NCBI GenBank assembly: GCA_965223505.1
Contig: CBDCWP010000021.1
Coordinates: forward strand, 160,001 to 224,000
Length of the DNA stretch: 64,000 bases
From: Planctomycetota bacterium
GTDB taxonomy: Bacteria > Planctomycetota > PLA2 > JAEUHO01
Direction of reading: 5' to 3'
This document shows, one piece after another, positions 27,483 to 37,489 of this stretch (the first letter of the stretch is position 1; each line of letters opens with the position of its first letter). The notes under the pieces are model-generated. The model saw only the letters and a list, made by a program, of their open reading frames with translations. It searched no databases and had not been told where the DNA came from. The translations under genes and the position numbers were made by a program.

Positions 27483-28444
27483 AGCGTTTCGCGCACGATC
27501 TCCGCGACGGCGTCGACGGCGGGGCGGCCCGCGTTGATGCAATCGATGCGGGTGTAGCCCTTGCCGCCGGCTGCTTCGAACGTCTCGCGCAGCTCGCGTC
27601 CGATCTCGTCGATCGTCTCCAGACAGTCGGCGACGAACGACGGCGTGATCACGCTCATCGAGGTCACCCCCTCGCCCGGCAGCTTTGCAACCGACGCGTC
27701 GGCGTAGGGCGTCAGCCACTCCTCGCGGCCGAAGCGACTTTGATAGACCACGCGCCACACGTCGTCATCGAGGTCGAGCGCGCTCGCAAGGGCGTCGGCG
27801 GTGCGCCGGCATTCGTCCGGGTAGGGATCGCCCTCCGCCGCGTAGCGCTTCGGAATGCCGTGAAAGGACATCAACAGGGGGGCGTCCTTCGTCGCCACGA
27901 CGCCCGCGTCGACGACCGTCTTCCGGAGCGCCTCGATGTAGGCGGGATGGTCGGGGAAGGATCGAACGAAGCGGAGGGAGGGCAGGTCCTTCCGGGTCGT
28001 CGCCCACTTCGCGACGGCGTCGAACGCGGACGCGGTCGTGGCGCTCGAGAACTGCGGGAACAACGGCAGCACGACGACGTCGCGGCAGCCCGCGCGCACG
28101 AGCTCGTCCAGCGCACCACCGAGCGGCGGGTTGCCGACGATCATCCCGTACCGGACGAGGTAGTCGTCGCCAAGCGCCGCGGCGACACCGTCCGCCAGCT
28201 GCTTGGTGTGCACCAGCAGCGGCGAGCCCTGTTCGGTCCACACGCGCTTGTAGAGCGCGGCCGACTTCCGCGGCCGCGTGCGAAGGATGACGCCGTGCAG
28301 CAACGGCTTCCACAGCCAAGGGTTTACGTCGACGACGCGCGGATCGCTCAGGAACTTCCGCAGGTACCTGCGCAACGCAGGGGTGGTCGGCGCGTCGGGC
28401 GTGCCGAGCTGGATGAGCAGAACGCCGGTAGGTGCGGTCGCCAT
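27479..28444 (-). CDS. hemH: ferrochelatase
   Basis: QLGTPD, FLSDPRVVD, LPLFPQFS, SFHGIP, YQSRFG, DCLETIDEI. Confidence 0.95.
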   Translation of the reverse strand: MATAPTGVLLIQLGTPDAPTTPALRRYLRKFLSDPRVVDVNPWLWKPLLHGVILRTRPRKSAALYKRVWTEQGSPLLVHTKQLADGVAAALGDDYLVRYGMIVGNPPLGGALDELVRAGCRDVVVLPLFPQFSSATTASAFDAVAKWATTRKDLPSLRFVRSFPDHPAYIEALRKTVVDAGVVATKDAPLLMSFHGIPKRYAAEGDPYPDECRRTADALASALDLDDDVWRVVYQSRFGREEWLTPYADASVAKLPGEGVTSMSVITPSFVADCLETIDEIGRELRETFEAAGGKGYTRIDCINAGRPAVDAVAEIVRETL

Positions 28445-28523
28445 GGCCGGCCATGCTGCCTTGATTCCGCCCGGTCGGCGCAGCCTTGCCCGACTGAGGC
28501 CGCTACTCGTTCGGGTTCCGCCG

Positions 28524-28751
28524 TCAGCGGGTCGGGTCTGCGGCGGGCGGGGTCGAGCCCCGCCGCGACAGCACTGTATCGCCGGCGGATCGCTGGTCGT
28601 TCAGTGCATGGACGAGAATCGTCTGCGCGACGGGATCGTCTTCGACAATGAGAATACGTATGGGGATATCGTGAATCGGGGGGTTCAGTTGATCTGCTCC
28701 GTTCCCACCATCGGCCGAGAAACCACGGGCCACACCCCTCCCGCGGCTCAC
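28524..28751 (-). pseudogene. remnant N-terminus of a response-regulator receiver domain
   Basis: IRILIVEDDPVAQTILVHAL followed by non-REC sequence and a stop. Confidence 0.45.
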
Positions 28752-28785
28752 CCCAACATCTCGGAAACGTCGCTGGAATCGGGCC

Positions 28786-31700
28786 CTATTCCTTGCGCTT
28801 GACCTCGATCACGACGTCCTCGTCGCCCGCGCGGGCCCGGGCCTGACCTTGGTACGTGCCGCCCCCTTCGACGAGCCGATTGCCGCTGCTCTGGGCGCGA
28901 ATCGTCCAGGTTCCGTCCGGCACACCCTTGAGCTCGAACGTCCCGTCGGGCATCACCGCGCCCCAGATGTTGAATTCGCCCTGGATCACGACGGCGAACG
29001 TGTCCGCCTCGAGACCGGTCGGTAGCTCCAGGCGGCCCCGGATGGTCTTGCCCTTCTTCGGCGTCACGACGCGCTCGCCGCCCCCGGCCTCCAGGTCCTT
29101 CAGGAACACGTACTTGTCGTCGGGCAGGCCCGAGATGCGCAGCGTGTAGCGCTCGTCGCTCTTCAACCCCTGGAAGACGACGCGCCCGTCCTCGTCGATC
29201 TGTTTCCACAGATGCAGGCGGTTCTCGGGCGCCGTCAGCGTGGCGTGCGCCCAGCGTTCGCCGGTCCAATCCTTGATACGGATCCGGATCGCAAGCCCCG
29301 GATCGACCGTGAGCGTGACGCCGGTCGCGCCGGCGTCACCCTTGATCTCGTCCGGGTAGTCCTTGTTTACGTCGATCCACTGCGCGTCGACGCGCGCAAG
29401 CAGCCGTCCGCTGCCCTTGCGCAGCCCCTGGATGACGAACTTCCCGTCCTTGCCCGTCGGCTCGGACTGCTTGGTATCCGTGCGAACGATGTAGTAGGCG
29501 CGGGCGCCCTCGACGGGCGACCCGGAGGCGTCGCGGATCACGCCGGAGATGGTGAAGGCCTGCTCGAGCTCGATGGTCGTGTCCGCCGGCGTCCAGCCCC
29601 GAACCGCTCGCGGCAGCAACGACTTCGCCTCGACGTTGGAGACCGTGACGTCGTAGCGCGAACTGCCGTCGAGCGCCTTCAGCCGCACGATGCCGTCCGC
29701 GCCCGTGCTGTGCATGCCGCCGACGCTGTGCGGCGCGATCATGCCGTCGTTGCGGATCGAGGCCTCCTCGCTCTCCTGGTGCGACCGAATGGAGACCGAC
29801 GCTCCTTTTACGGGGTCGCCGCGGTGATCGAGCACGGTGATCGCTGCCGTCACACCGGCCTTCAACACGAAGTCGACGCGCTTCGTTCCGCCGACGGTGT
29901 CGATGGGCTCCGGCGGCTGGTACGCGTCCGGCACGCGCGCCTCGACGCGGTAGTCACTCTCGCCCACGCCTTTGAGGACATAGCGACCGTCCTTGTCGGT
30001 GGCGGCCGACGCATGAGCGTTGCCGAAGTCGATCTCGTCGCCGTGCCGCAGCATCGGCTTCGCGGAGATCCGCGCGCCCCCGACCGGCGCGCCGCTCGCA
30101 TCGCGGACGACGCCTTCGATCGTCGTGGGTGTACCCAGCTTGATCTCGAGCTCGTTCTTCGACGTGTCGAACGGTCCCGCCAACGTCGCGGCGACGTTGC
30201 TACCCGGCACCCGATAGATCTCGATGAAGATCACGGTGCCCGGGCTGACCGACCTCGAAGTCGAACGTGCCGTTCGAGAACGACGACGAGTGCGTGCCGC
30301 TCCCGTTCTGGTAGCGCTGGTGCACGACGAAGCTGCCGGACGGGACCGGGTTGCCGTCCGGGTCGACGACCTTGACGACGTAGCTGCCGGCGCCGCTCGT
30401 GACCTTCTCGAGGACGAGCTTCGCGTTGACGGTGCCGGCCGCGAGTTTCTCTTCCGCGCGCCACTTCGCACCCTGCCAGTCGAGTTCCGCGGAGACCTGG
30501 AACGTGCCCTCGGGCAGGACGTCGACCACGAAGGAGCCGTCCTCCTTCACGGACGCGCGCTCCCAGACCCAGTTGCCGCCGCGGAAGTTCACGCTCTGAA
30601 CCGTCACCTCGACGGCGTTTGCCGGCGCGCCTTCCGGCGGCAGCACCGTACCGGCCATTTCCAGGCCCTTCGCGAGTACGACGCGTCCCTCGAGGTCGCC
30701 GTCGTCGCCGCCTTCGATCTCCTGCCAGTCACGCGCCTTGACGTGACCGCCCGCCTCGATCTGCACCGCGACGCGGCCCTTCGGGAGCGGACCCGCGCGC
30801 ACGCGACCGTCCGGTCCCGTGTTGAAGACCTGGTTGATGCGCACCCAGCTCCCCTCGTCGGTCTCCCGTGTACCTGCGACGACCACGGCGCCGGCGACGG
30901 GCGCTTCCCCTTCGCTGCTGACGACCTCCAGCTCGAGCCAGCGCGCCGTCTCGAGCGTGATGTCGAGCGTGTGCTTCGAGCCGCCGGCGAGCTTGAACGC
31001 ATCCGAGCGCTTCGTCGGATGATCGACCGCACGCACGACGGAGCTGGAACGACGCGTCGGGAACGATGGAGTCGAGGACGTACTGTCCTTCGCCGTCGGT
31101 GACGGCGCTGCCGAAGCCCGCATCCTCGCCGAACCCGAACTGGCGGACGACGAGGCCGCCCTGGCTCTCTGCCACGACCGTGACGATCGCACCCGCGATC
31201 GGCTTGCCGCCCGCATCGACGCGTCCACTCACGCGGCCCGCCTCGACGACCTCGACATCGTGCTCCAGCGTCTTGCCGGCCTCGACGGTGACCACGAGCG
31301 CGCCCGCCGGCTCGTCGAGGTTTTGCATGCCGGGCGAGGCGAAGCCCTTGCCCAACGCGAAGACGGTCGCGGTGCCGGACAACGGGTTGACGTCGGTCAA
31401 CTCGAAATTGCCGTCCGCGTCGGCCGTCGTCGCCGAGACGGTCGCGAATCCGCCACGGCCCATGTCGGCCGGCACCGCCATGACGGCGATACCGCCCACG
31501 GGCGCACCCGCCTTGGTGAGCACGCGCCCCTTGATGTGCGCGACCGGCGTCATGGTGACGACGACCTCGTCCTCCGAGCCGCTGCGAAGCTGAACGGGGG
31601 GCGCGACGTAGCCGTCGGCGCGCACGAACATGCCGCCGTTCCCGGCGCCGACCGCCAGGGAGAAGCGGCCGTCGGGACCCGTCGTGGCGCTTCGGATCGT

Positions 31701-32606
31701 GAGGCCGCTGCGCGGGTCGCCGCGGCCGCCGATCACCATCGCCCCCTCGATCGGCTCGGCCGTGTCCTGGGCGATCACCTTGCCGTGGATCGTCCCGCCC
31801 GCGGCGCCGATCGTGAGCGTGTACTCGCCGTCGTAGGGCAGACGCACCGGCGCGCCCATCGCGCGCAGCTCGCCCGGCTGGAACGCGGAGATGATGACGT
31901 CGCCGGCCATCAGCCCGGCGACCTCGAAGCGTCCGTCGGCGTCGACCGGCGCCGTCGCGCCCGTCGCGACCATGAACGGACCCGAGGATTGCGCCGCGGG
32001 CTGAACGACGACCCAGCCGTGGAACGGCTTCTCGTCGGCGCGCACCACACGGCCCTTCAAGGTGATGTCGCCCGCGGGCAGCTCGACCGTCACTGCGACC
32101 CGCGCACCCTGCGCAGGCAAGCTGGCGGTCACGACGCCTTGGCGGCCGTCGTCGTCGATCGCGCGGACCTCGTAGAAACCTGCCGTGAGACGCCGGAACC
32201 GGAAGGCGCCGTCTGCATCCGCCTCGTAGGTGTCGTCGGCGGGACCGGTCGCCATGCCCGCGTCGAGGATGCGGTCGATCCAGCTCTTCATGATGCCGGC
32301 CATGCCGGCGCCGGGAACGCTCAGCTCGACCTGCGACACGAGCCGCAGCTCGACCCGCGCGGGCGCCGGGTTGCCGCCGATCTGGACGACGCCGACGATC
32401 TCGCCGGTCCCGGTCAGCGCCGCCGACGGCGCGTCGGCAGCCGAGCCGTCGCCGGAGCCGCTGAGCTCGGGACGCTCTTCTTCACGGCGGGGCTCGTCGG
32501 CGGTGGGATCGTCGCCGGGGGCCTGCTCGTTGGCGTCGGTGTCGAGCAAGAAGTACGCGGCGCCGCCGGCGGCGGCGACGACGAGGAGCAGGATCAAGAT
32601 GCGCAT
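28786..32606 (-). pseudogene. large membrane-anchored carboxypeptidase-regulatory-like repeat protein (~1272 aa) split by two +1 frameshifts
   Basis: three overlapping ORFs join if one base is removed near 31040 and near 30240; repeated G.V.D..G.P..GA.V modules; may be sequencing error. Confidence 0.75.
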
Positions 32607-32803
32607 AGGGAACCTTCCCCCGTACGGGGCATGGATGGATCGCGTCGTGTGCTGCCGGGGAACCCTACCGGGGCGTGGCAGCGTAGCAGTTGCGTGTGGG
32701 TCCGCAGACAAGATCCACCAACGGGCCGCGACCGAAGGCATGCGGGCGTCCCGGCCCGGCGTCGTCCGAATACGATGAAGGCCGCACTCGTGGGAGCTGT
32801 GCC

Positions 32804-34120
32804 TTGCGTCGACTGAGCATCGGGCTGCTGTGTCTGGCGACCGCTCTGTGGATCGCGCCGCCGAAGGCCGAAGCCGCGAGCGCGTACGAGCAGGACATGA
32901 AGTTCGCGCTGAAGGAGCTGAAGAAGAAGTGCGGCAAGTTCTTCAAGCGCAAGGGCATCGACTGGAAGAAGGTGTCCAAGGAGTTCACCAAGGAAGCCAA
33001 GTCGATCAAGAGCGATCCGGAGCACTTGCGACTGATGCTGCGACTCCTCGCGCGCATCAAGGACGGCCATGCGGCGATTCACGCGGTGGAGAAGGGCTCG
33101 GAGCTTCCGTGGCCGGAGGACATGAAGGTCCGCCAGAACGCGATGGGCATGTACCTGTGTCGCGTGGAGAAGAAGGTCTACGCGAAGGTGACGTTCTCGA
33201 GCGCCAAGGAGGTCGGCGTCATGCCGGGCGCGCACATTCTGAAGCTCGACGGCAAGAAGATCGACAAGTGGCTCTCCGACCGTCAAGCCGAGCTCAGCGA
33301 CACGATCAGCTACTCGACGGATCAGCACGCATTCTTCGCGACGTGTCACTGGGGCCTGACGGCGCCCGAGGGCACGCGGATCGACGTTGAGTTCAAGGAC
33401 GTCAAGGGCAAGAAACGCAAGCGTACGATCACCGTCGGGCGCGCCAGGGCGTTCGTGGTCGGGCCGGCGTTCCTGCCGAAGGGCGTCAAGAGCACGAAGG
33501 ACGTGAACTACGCGACGACCGAAGACGGCTGGGGCTACATCCACATCCGGCGTTGCAAGGGCGACATGCCGGAACAGGTGGACCAGGCGATCGCGGAGCT
33601 TGGCAACGTGCCCGGGATGATCCTCGACTTTCGCGGCAACTCCGGCGGCGGCTTCGACCATGACGCGTTCTTCGGACGGTTCATCCCCGGCAAGAAGAAG
33701 CTGAACGGTTTCGGCGCGGCGGGTCCGCGACAGTACGGCGGACCGGTGGTCGTGATCGTCGACGGGACCGTCGTGAGTGCGGGCGAGACGGCGAGCGGGT
33801 ACTTCAAGGAGTTCGGCCGCGCCTACATGATCGGGGAGAGTCCCACGGCGGGCATGTCGTCCTCGAAGGAGACGATCGAGCTGCCGTCGAAGAAGTTCAA
33901 CCTCTTCGTCTCGGTCGACTCGAACATGCATCGCTTCAACCAGGGCGAAGGCATCGAAGGGATTGGCGTGCCGCCGAACGAAGTAGTGCTGTTCGACCCG
34001 AAAGACCTCGCGGAGGAGCGAGACACGCTCATCCGGCGCGCCGAGGCGATCCTGACGGACTTCCCCCAAAAGCAGGTGAAGTACGACCCGAAGAAGTTCG
34101 GCTGGAAGCCGCCGGAGTAG
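32804..34120 (+). CDS. S41 family peptidase, exported
   Basis: GGGAG RBS + TTG; signal peptide; DGHA, ILDFRGNSGGG, SAGE, IEGIGVPPN. Confidence 0.87.
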   Translation: MRRLSIGLLCLATALWIAPPKAEAASAYEQDMKFALKELKKKCGKFFKRKGIDWKKVSKEFTKEAKSIKSDPEHLRLMLRLLARIKDGHAAIHAVEKGSELPWPEDMKVRQNAMGMYLCRVEKKVYAKVTFSSAKEVGVMPGAHILKLDGKKIDKWLSDRQAELSDTISYSTDQHAFFATCHWGLTAPEGTRIDVEFKDVKGKKRKRTITVGRARAFVVGPAFLPKGVKSTKDVNYATTEDGWGYIHIRRCKGDMPEQVDQAIAELGNVPGMILDFRGNSGGGFDHDAFFGRFIPGKKKLNGFGAAGPRQYGGPVVVIVDGTVVSAGETASGYFKEFGRAYMIGESPTAGMSSSKETIELPSKKFNLFVSVDSNMHRFNQGEGIEGIGVPPNEVVLFDPKDLAEERDTLIRRAEAILTDFPQKQVKYDPKKFGWKPPE

Positions 34121-34123
34121 CGG

Positions 34124-34558
34124 CTAGCCGTCGTCCTCGGGTGTCTCGTTCTCGTTCTCCGCGGGCGCAGGGTCGGCTTCCTCCGGCGCCGCATCCGTTT
34201 CGGCGGTCGCCGGCTCGGCCGCGGCGCTCTCGAGCTCCGCGATGCGGTCCTGTGCCGCCCTCAACTTGGCCTTGAGATCCGCCGTCGCCAGCGCATCTTC
34301 GGCCGCCTTGAGCTTCGCCTTCAGCACCTCGATCGACTCGCCCGCCTCCGCCGGCGACGATGCCTCGCCGCTCTTCCCGCGCAGGCGCTGGAGCAACGCC
34401 TCGTGCGAGAGTCCGTCGGACGCCCCGGGAACGCTCATGCCGCCCTCGAGCTGCTGGAACGTCGTCGACGTCTTCGACTTCGATCCACCCCGGCAGCAAC
34501 CCGAGACGATGACGGCGGCGCACAGCGCCGCGACGATTCCCAAACACCTGCACTTCAT
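34124..34558 (-). CDS. small coiled-coil lipoprotein
   Basis: VSGC lipobox; heptad helix; acidic tail; ATGA overlap. Confidence 0.65.
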   Translation of the reverse strand: MKCRCLGIVAALCAAVIVSGCCRGGSKSKTSTTFQQLEGGMSVPGASDGLSHEALLQRLRGKSGEASSPAEAGESIEVLKAKLKAAEDALATADLKAKLRAAQDRIAELESAAAEPATAETDAAPEEADPAPAENENETPEDDG

Positions 34559-35916
34559 GACGTGATCTCCACGAGGGGACGCAACACGAAATCCCTGATC
34601 GCTCCGCCGGCGAGAATCGCATCGCGCGCGTCGTTGTAGTTCACCGCGACGATGCACTGCTTCCCGCCGTCGATCTTCACGCGGCCGCAGAGGATACCGA
34701 CCGCTTGGATCGCGTCGGCGGTCTCCCGGTACACGATCGTTCCGCTGTCGCCGCCTTCGCACCAGCCGCGCAACAGCATGCACTCCGGGTAGAACGTCGG
34801 GGTGTTGCTGCCGTTCAGCTTGAGCCCGATGTCGCCGGCGTCGGCCCAGCGGTAGAACGTGACCTGCTTCACGGCGCCGTTCTGCGCGACGTACCGGTAG
34901 TCGTGCTGGTTGCTCACGCGGTCGCGGGCGAGCACGTCGGCGACCTTCGACGCGATCCACTCCCCCGACGTGCTGTTGGGCTCGGACTCGTGGATCAGGG
35001 CCGCGTCCATTCGGTAGTCCGAGTCGTAGATGTCGTCGCACCATGCCGTGCCCACGACCGGATCGCCCAGACGGCGGGTCTCGGTCGAGCTGAGCCGCGC
35101 GCGAATCTCGCGAATCAGGTTCGGCTTCGCGGGCGGGTTGCCGTCGTAGGCGTTGTGGGCCACCGTCAGCCACGCCGCGAAGGGCGCGCCGCTGTCGGGC
35201 GTGACCTCCACCCGCGCCGCCAAGCATCCCTTCGCCGTACGCGTCGTGGTGGCGCGGCGAAGCTGCATCAACGCGCCGCGCGTGCCCCACGTGGCGGCCG
35301 GGATGCTCTTCGCGGTGAACACGTCGTCCGGGGGCGGCGCGCTCTTGGGAAGGAACACGTCGTCGGAAGGCGGCGCACTCTTGGGCGTGAACACGTCCGG
35401 CGGCGGCGCCGACATGCGCGGCGGCCTCTTGGCGCGCTTCTTCACGCTTGCGGAACGCGGCCTCGTGGGCGGCTTCTTCGGCGCCTTTCGTGCGGCGCGG
35501 GTCGAACGCTTGCGAACGGGCTTCTTGCGTGTCTTGGGGGCCGACTTGCGCTTTCGCTTGCGCGGGACGACGACGTGAATCGGCACCTCGATGCGTACGC
35601 GGTCTCCAATCTTCGCGTCCCCCGGTTTCGCGCGCTTGGGCCGGCGTTTCAGGGTGATCCGTCCGAACACGGCGCAGGCGGGAATGCCGTGGTTCTTCCG
35701 GCCGGGCGCGACGCGAACCCTTAGCACGCACACGGGTCGCTTGCGGCCGCGCTTCTTGCGCGTTCCACTCGCGCACTCACGAAACGCGGCGTGTTCTTCT
35801 CGGAGACGCTTCGTACGATGTTCGACGATCCACGCGAGCACGCGGCGCTGCTCCGCAACGGGAAGCCGGTGCAGCGGGATGGGCCCGCGACGCCGCCGTC
35901 CTCGTTTGGTTGCCAC
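34555..35916 (-). CDS. trypsin-like (S1/Nal1-like) serine protease with a basic linker
   Basis: LTVAH, DAALI, GGDSG in order; AGGAGG RBS; no signal peptide. Confidence 0.7.
   Translation of the reverse strand: MATKRGRRRRGPIPLHRLPVAEQRRVLAWIVEHRTKRLREEHAAFRECASGTRKKRGRKRPVCVLRVRVAPGRKNHGIPACAVFGRITLKRRPKRAKPGDAKIGDRVRIEVPIHVVVPRKRKRKSAPKTRKKPVRKRSTRAARKAPKKPPTRPRSASVKKRAKRPPRMSAPPPDVFTPKSAPPSDDVFLPKSAPPPDDVFTAKSIPAATWGTRGALMQLRRATTTRTAKGCLAARVEVTPDSGAPFAAWLTVAHNAYDGNPPAKPNLIREIRARLSSTETRRLGDPVVGTAWCDDIYDSDYRMDAALIHESEPNSTSGEWIASKVADVLARDRVSNQHDYRYVAQNGAVKQVTFYRWADAGDIGLKLNGSNTPTFYPECMLLRGWCEGGDSGTIVYRETADAIQAVGILCGRVKIDGGKQCIVAVNYNDARDAILAGGAIRDFVLRPLVEITS
35305..35412 (-). repeat. three imperfect ~36-bp coding repeats (SAPPxDxVFxxK)
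   Basis: SAPPPDVFTPK / SAPPSDDVFLPK / SAPPPDDVFTAK. Confidence 0.85.
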
Positions 35917-35945
35917 GCGTGCCTCCTAGCGGCGCCCCTCCCCCG

Positions 35946-37355
35946 TCACCGAGCGGTGGACACCTTGAGATAGGTCGCCTTCTCGGCCTCGTTCGAAAGC
36001 GCTTCTCTCACCTTCGCGTCGTTCGTCTTGCCCATGAGGAACGCGGCGATGAACCGGCGCGTCTCCTTGACGACCTTGCCCCTGGACGCGGCGGGCGACG
36101 TCGTCGAGATCGGGATCTTGTAATGGTCGCTCGCGACCGTGATCGCGCCCTCCAACTTGGCCTTGAGCCCGCCTTCCAGCGACACGCCCGCGGTGAGCTG
36201 GTTGCGTAGCGTCGCGTCGGGACTCGCGTTGTCCTTGTCGAGGTACTTGTCCGCCACGTCGCGGACCTGCCCGAACGTGAGGCCGCCGGAGGTGTTCGCG
36301 ACGCTCGCATGCCCGTTGTTGCCGCCGTTGCCGTTCGGCTGGCTGCCGTCGCTGCGGGTGGACAACCGCAGAACGCGCCGAACGTTGAACGAGATCCGGG
36401 TGTGCGGGTAGCGCGCTTTCAGGACGTAGAAGTCGTCGTCGGCCTTGCGCCGGCTGCCCTGCGGCACGCCGCGCGGCATCTCCAAGCGCTCGTTCTGGTA
36501 CTCGGTGTTCTTGAGGATCGGATACAAGCCGGGTGTCGCGTAGATCACGTACGCGTAGCGCATCGAGATGAACTGGTTCTCGCGGAAACCGGCTTCTGCC
36601 GCGCTCGTGCCCTCGCCGACGCCGTCCTCGGCTCCCGAGGTGCCCGTGCCGAGGCCCTTCGTCGCCGCCTGTACGGCGACGTCGGAGAACTTGTTGATCG
36701 TGTCGGCGACCAGCTTGCCCATCTCGGTGTTGTCGACCGACATCGAGAACTTGTTGAGCGTGCTGCCGGGCCCCATCGCCGCACCCAGCTCGGCCTGGCC
36801 GAGCCCGCCCTCCGCCGAGACGACGTACTTCTCGTCCAGGTCGGGCAGGTAGACGATGTCGTAGAGCATGCTGACCGGCAGCGCCTGCGGCACGGTCGAG
36901 TCCCACGACACGTCGCCCGTGGCCGTCGTCAACGCACCCGCACTCTTGCTCTCCGTCGCCTCGGTGGACTTGTCGTTGCTGTCGGGCTTGTTCGGCTTGT
37001 TCGGGTCGCTGACGACCGGCGGCTTCAGATCGTCGCGCTCGCGCTGCAGGCCATCGTCGAGCCCGATGGAAGCGAGCGGCACGTACGGATCGCCGCCGAG
37101 GAACTCGAGCAGCTCCTGCGGCGCGTTCAGGATGTGCACGACGTCGCCCTTCACCTGACCGGCGATGTAGCCGGCGTCGCCGGCCACCGGGATTTCCCGC
37201 TTCAGCGCCATGTACGGGCGCTGCATGTAGAAGGGAATTCCCGCACGCTCGCACTTGTTGGGATCTGCGGGAGCCACCTCCACGCGCGCGCAACCGATCG
37301 ACGCGACCGCGCAGAGAAGAAGTAGGACGGCAATGCTGCCCACGGCATTTCGCAT
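35946..37355 (-). CDS. hypothetical lipoprotein
   Basis: SIGC lipobox; GIPFYMQRPY, YLPDLDEKY, PGLYPILK. Confidence 0.7.
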   Translation of the reverse strand: MRNAVGSIAVLLLLCAVASIGCARVEVAPADPNKCERAGIPFYMQRPYMALKREIPVAGDAGYIAGQVKGDVVHILNAPQELLEFLGGDPYVPLASIGLDDGLQRERDDLKPPVVSDPNKPNKPDSNDKSTEATESKSAGALTTATGDVSWDSTVPQALPVSMLYDIVYLPDLDEKYVVSAEGGLGQAELGAAMGPGSTLNKFSMSVDNTEMGKLVADTINKFSDVAVQAATKGLGTGTSGAEDGVGEGTSAAEAGFRENQFISMRYAYVIYATPGLYPILKNTEYQNERLEMPRGVPQGSRRKADDDFYVLKARYPHTRISFNVRRVLRLSTRSDGSQPNGNGGNNGHASVANTSGGLTFGQVRDVADKYLDKDNASPDATLRNQLTAGVSLEGGLKAKLEGAITVASDHYKIPISTTSPAASRGKVVKETRRFIAAFLMGKTNDAKVREALSNEAEKATYLKVSTAR

Positions 37356-37489
37356 GAGTGAACTCCCCAACGAGACCCACCGAGCGTCCTCGAGACGCGC
37401 GTCAACAGCCGATGGGCTCCTGCACTTTGGACAGTCTGCCAAATTGCTGCGCGGGCGCGCAAGCGCGCGCGATCGTTGGTCGCACGTTG

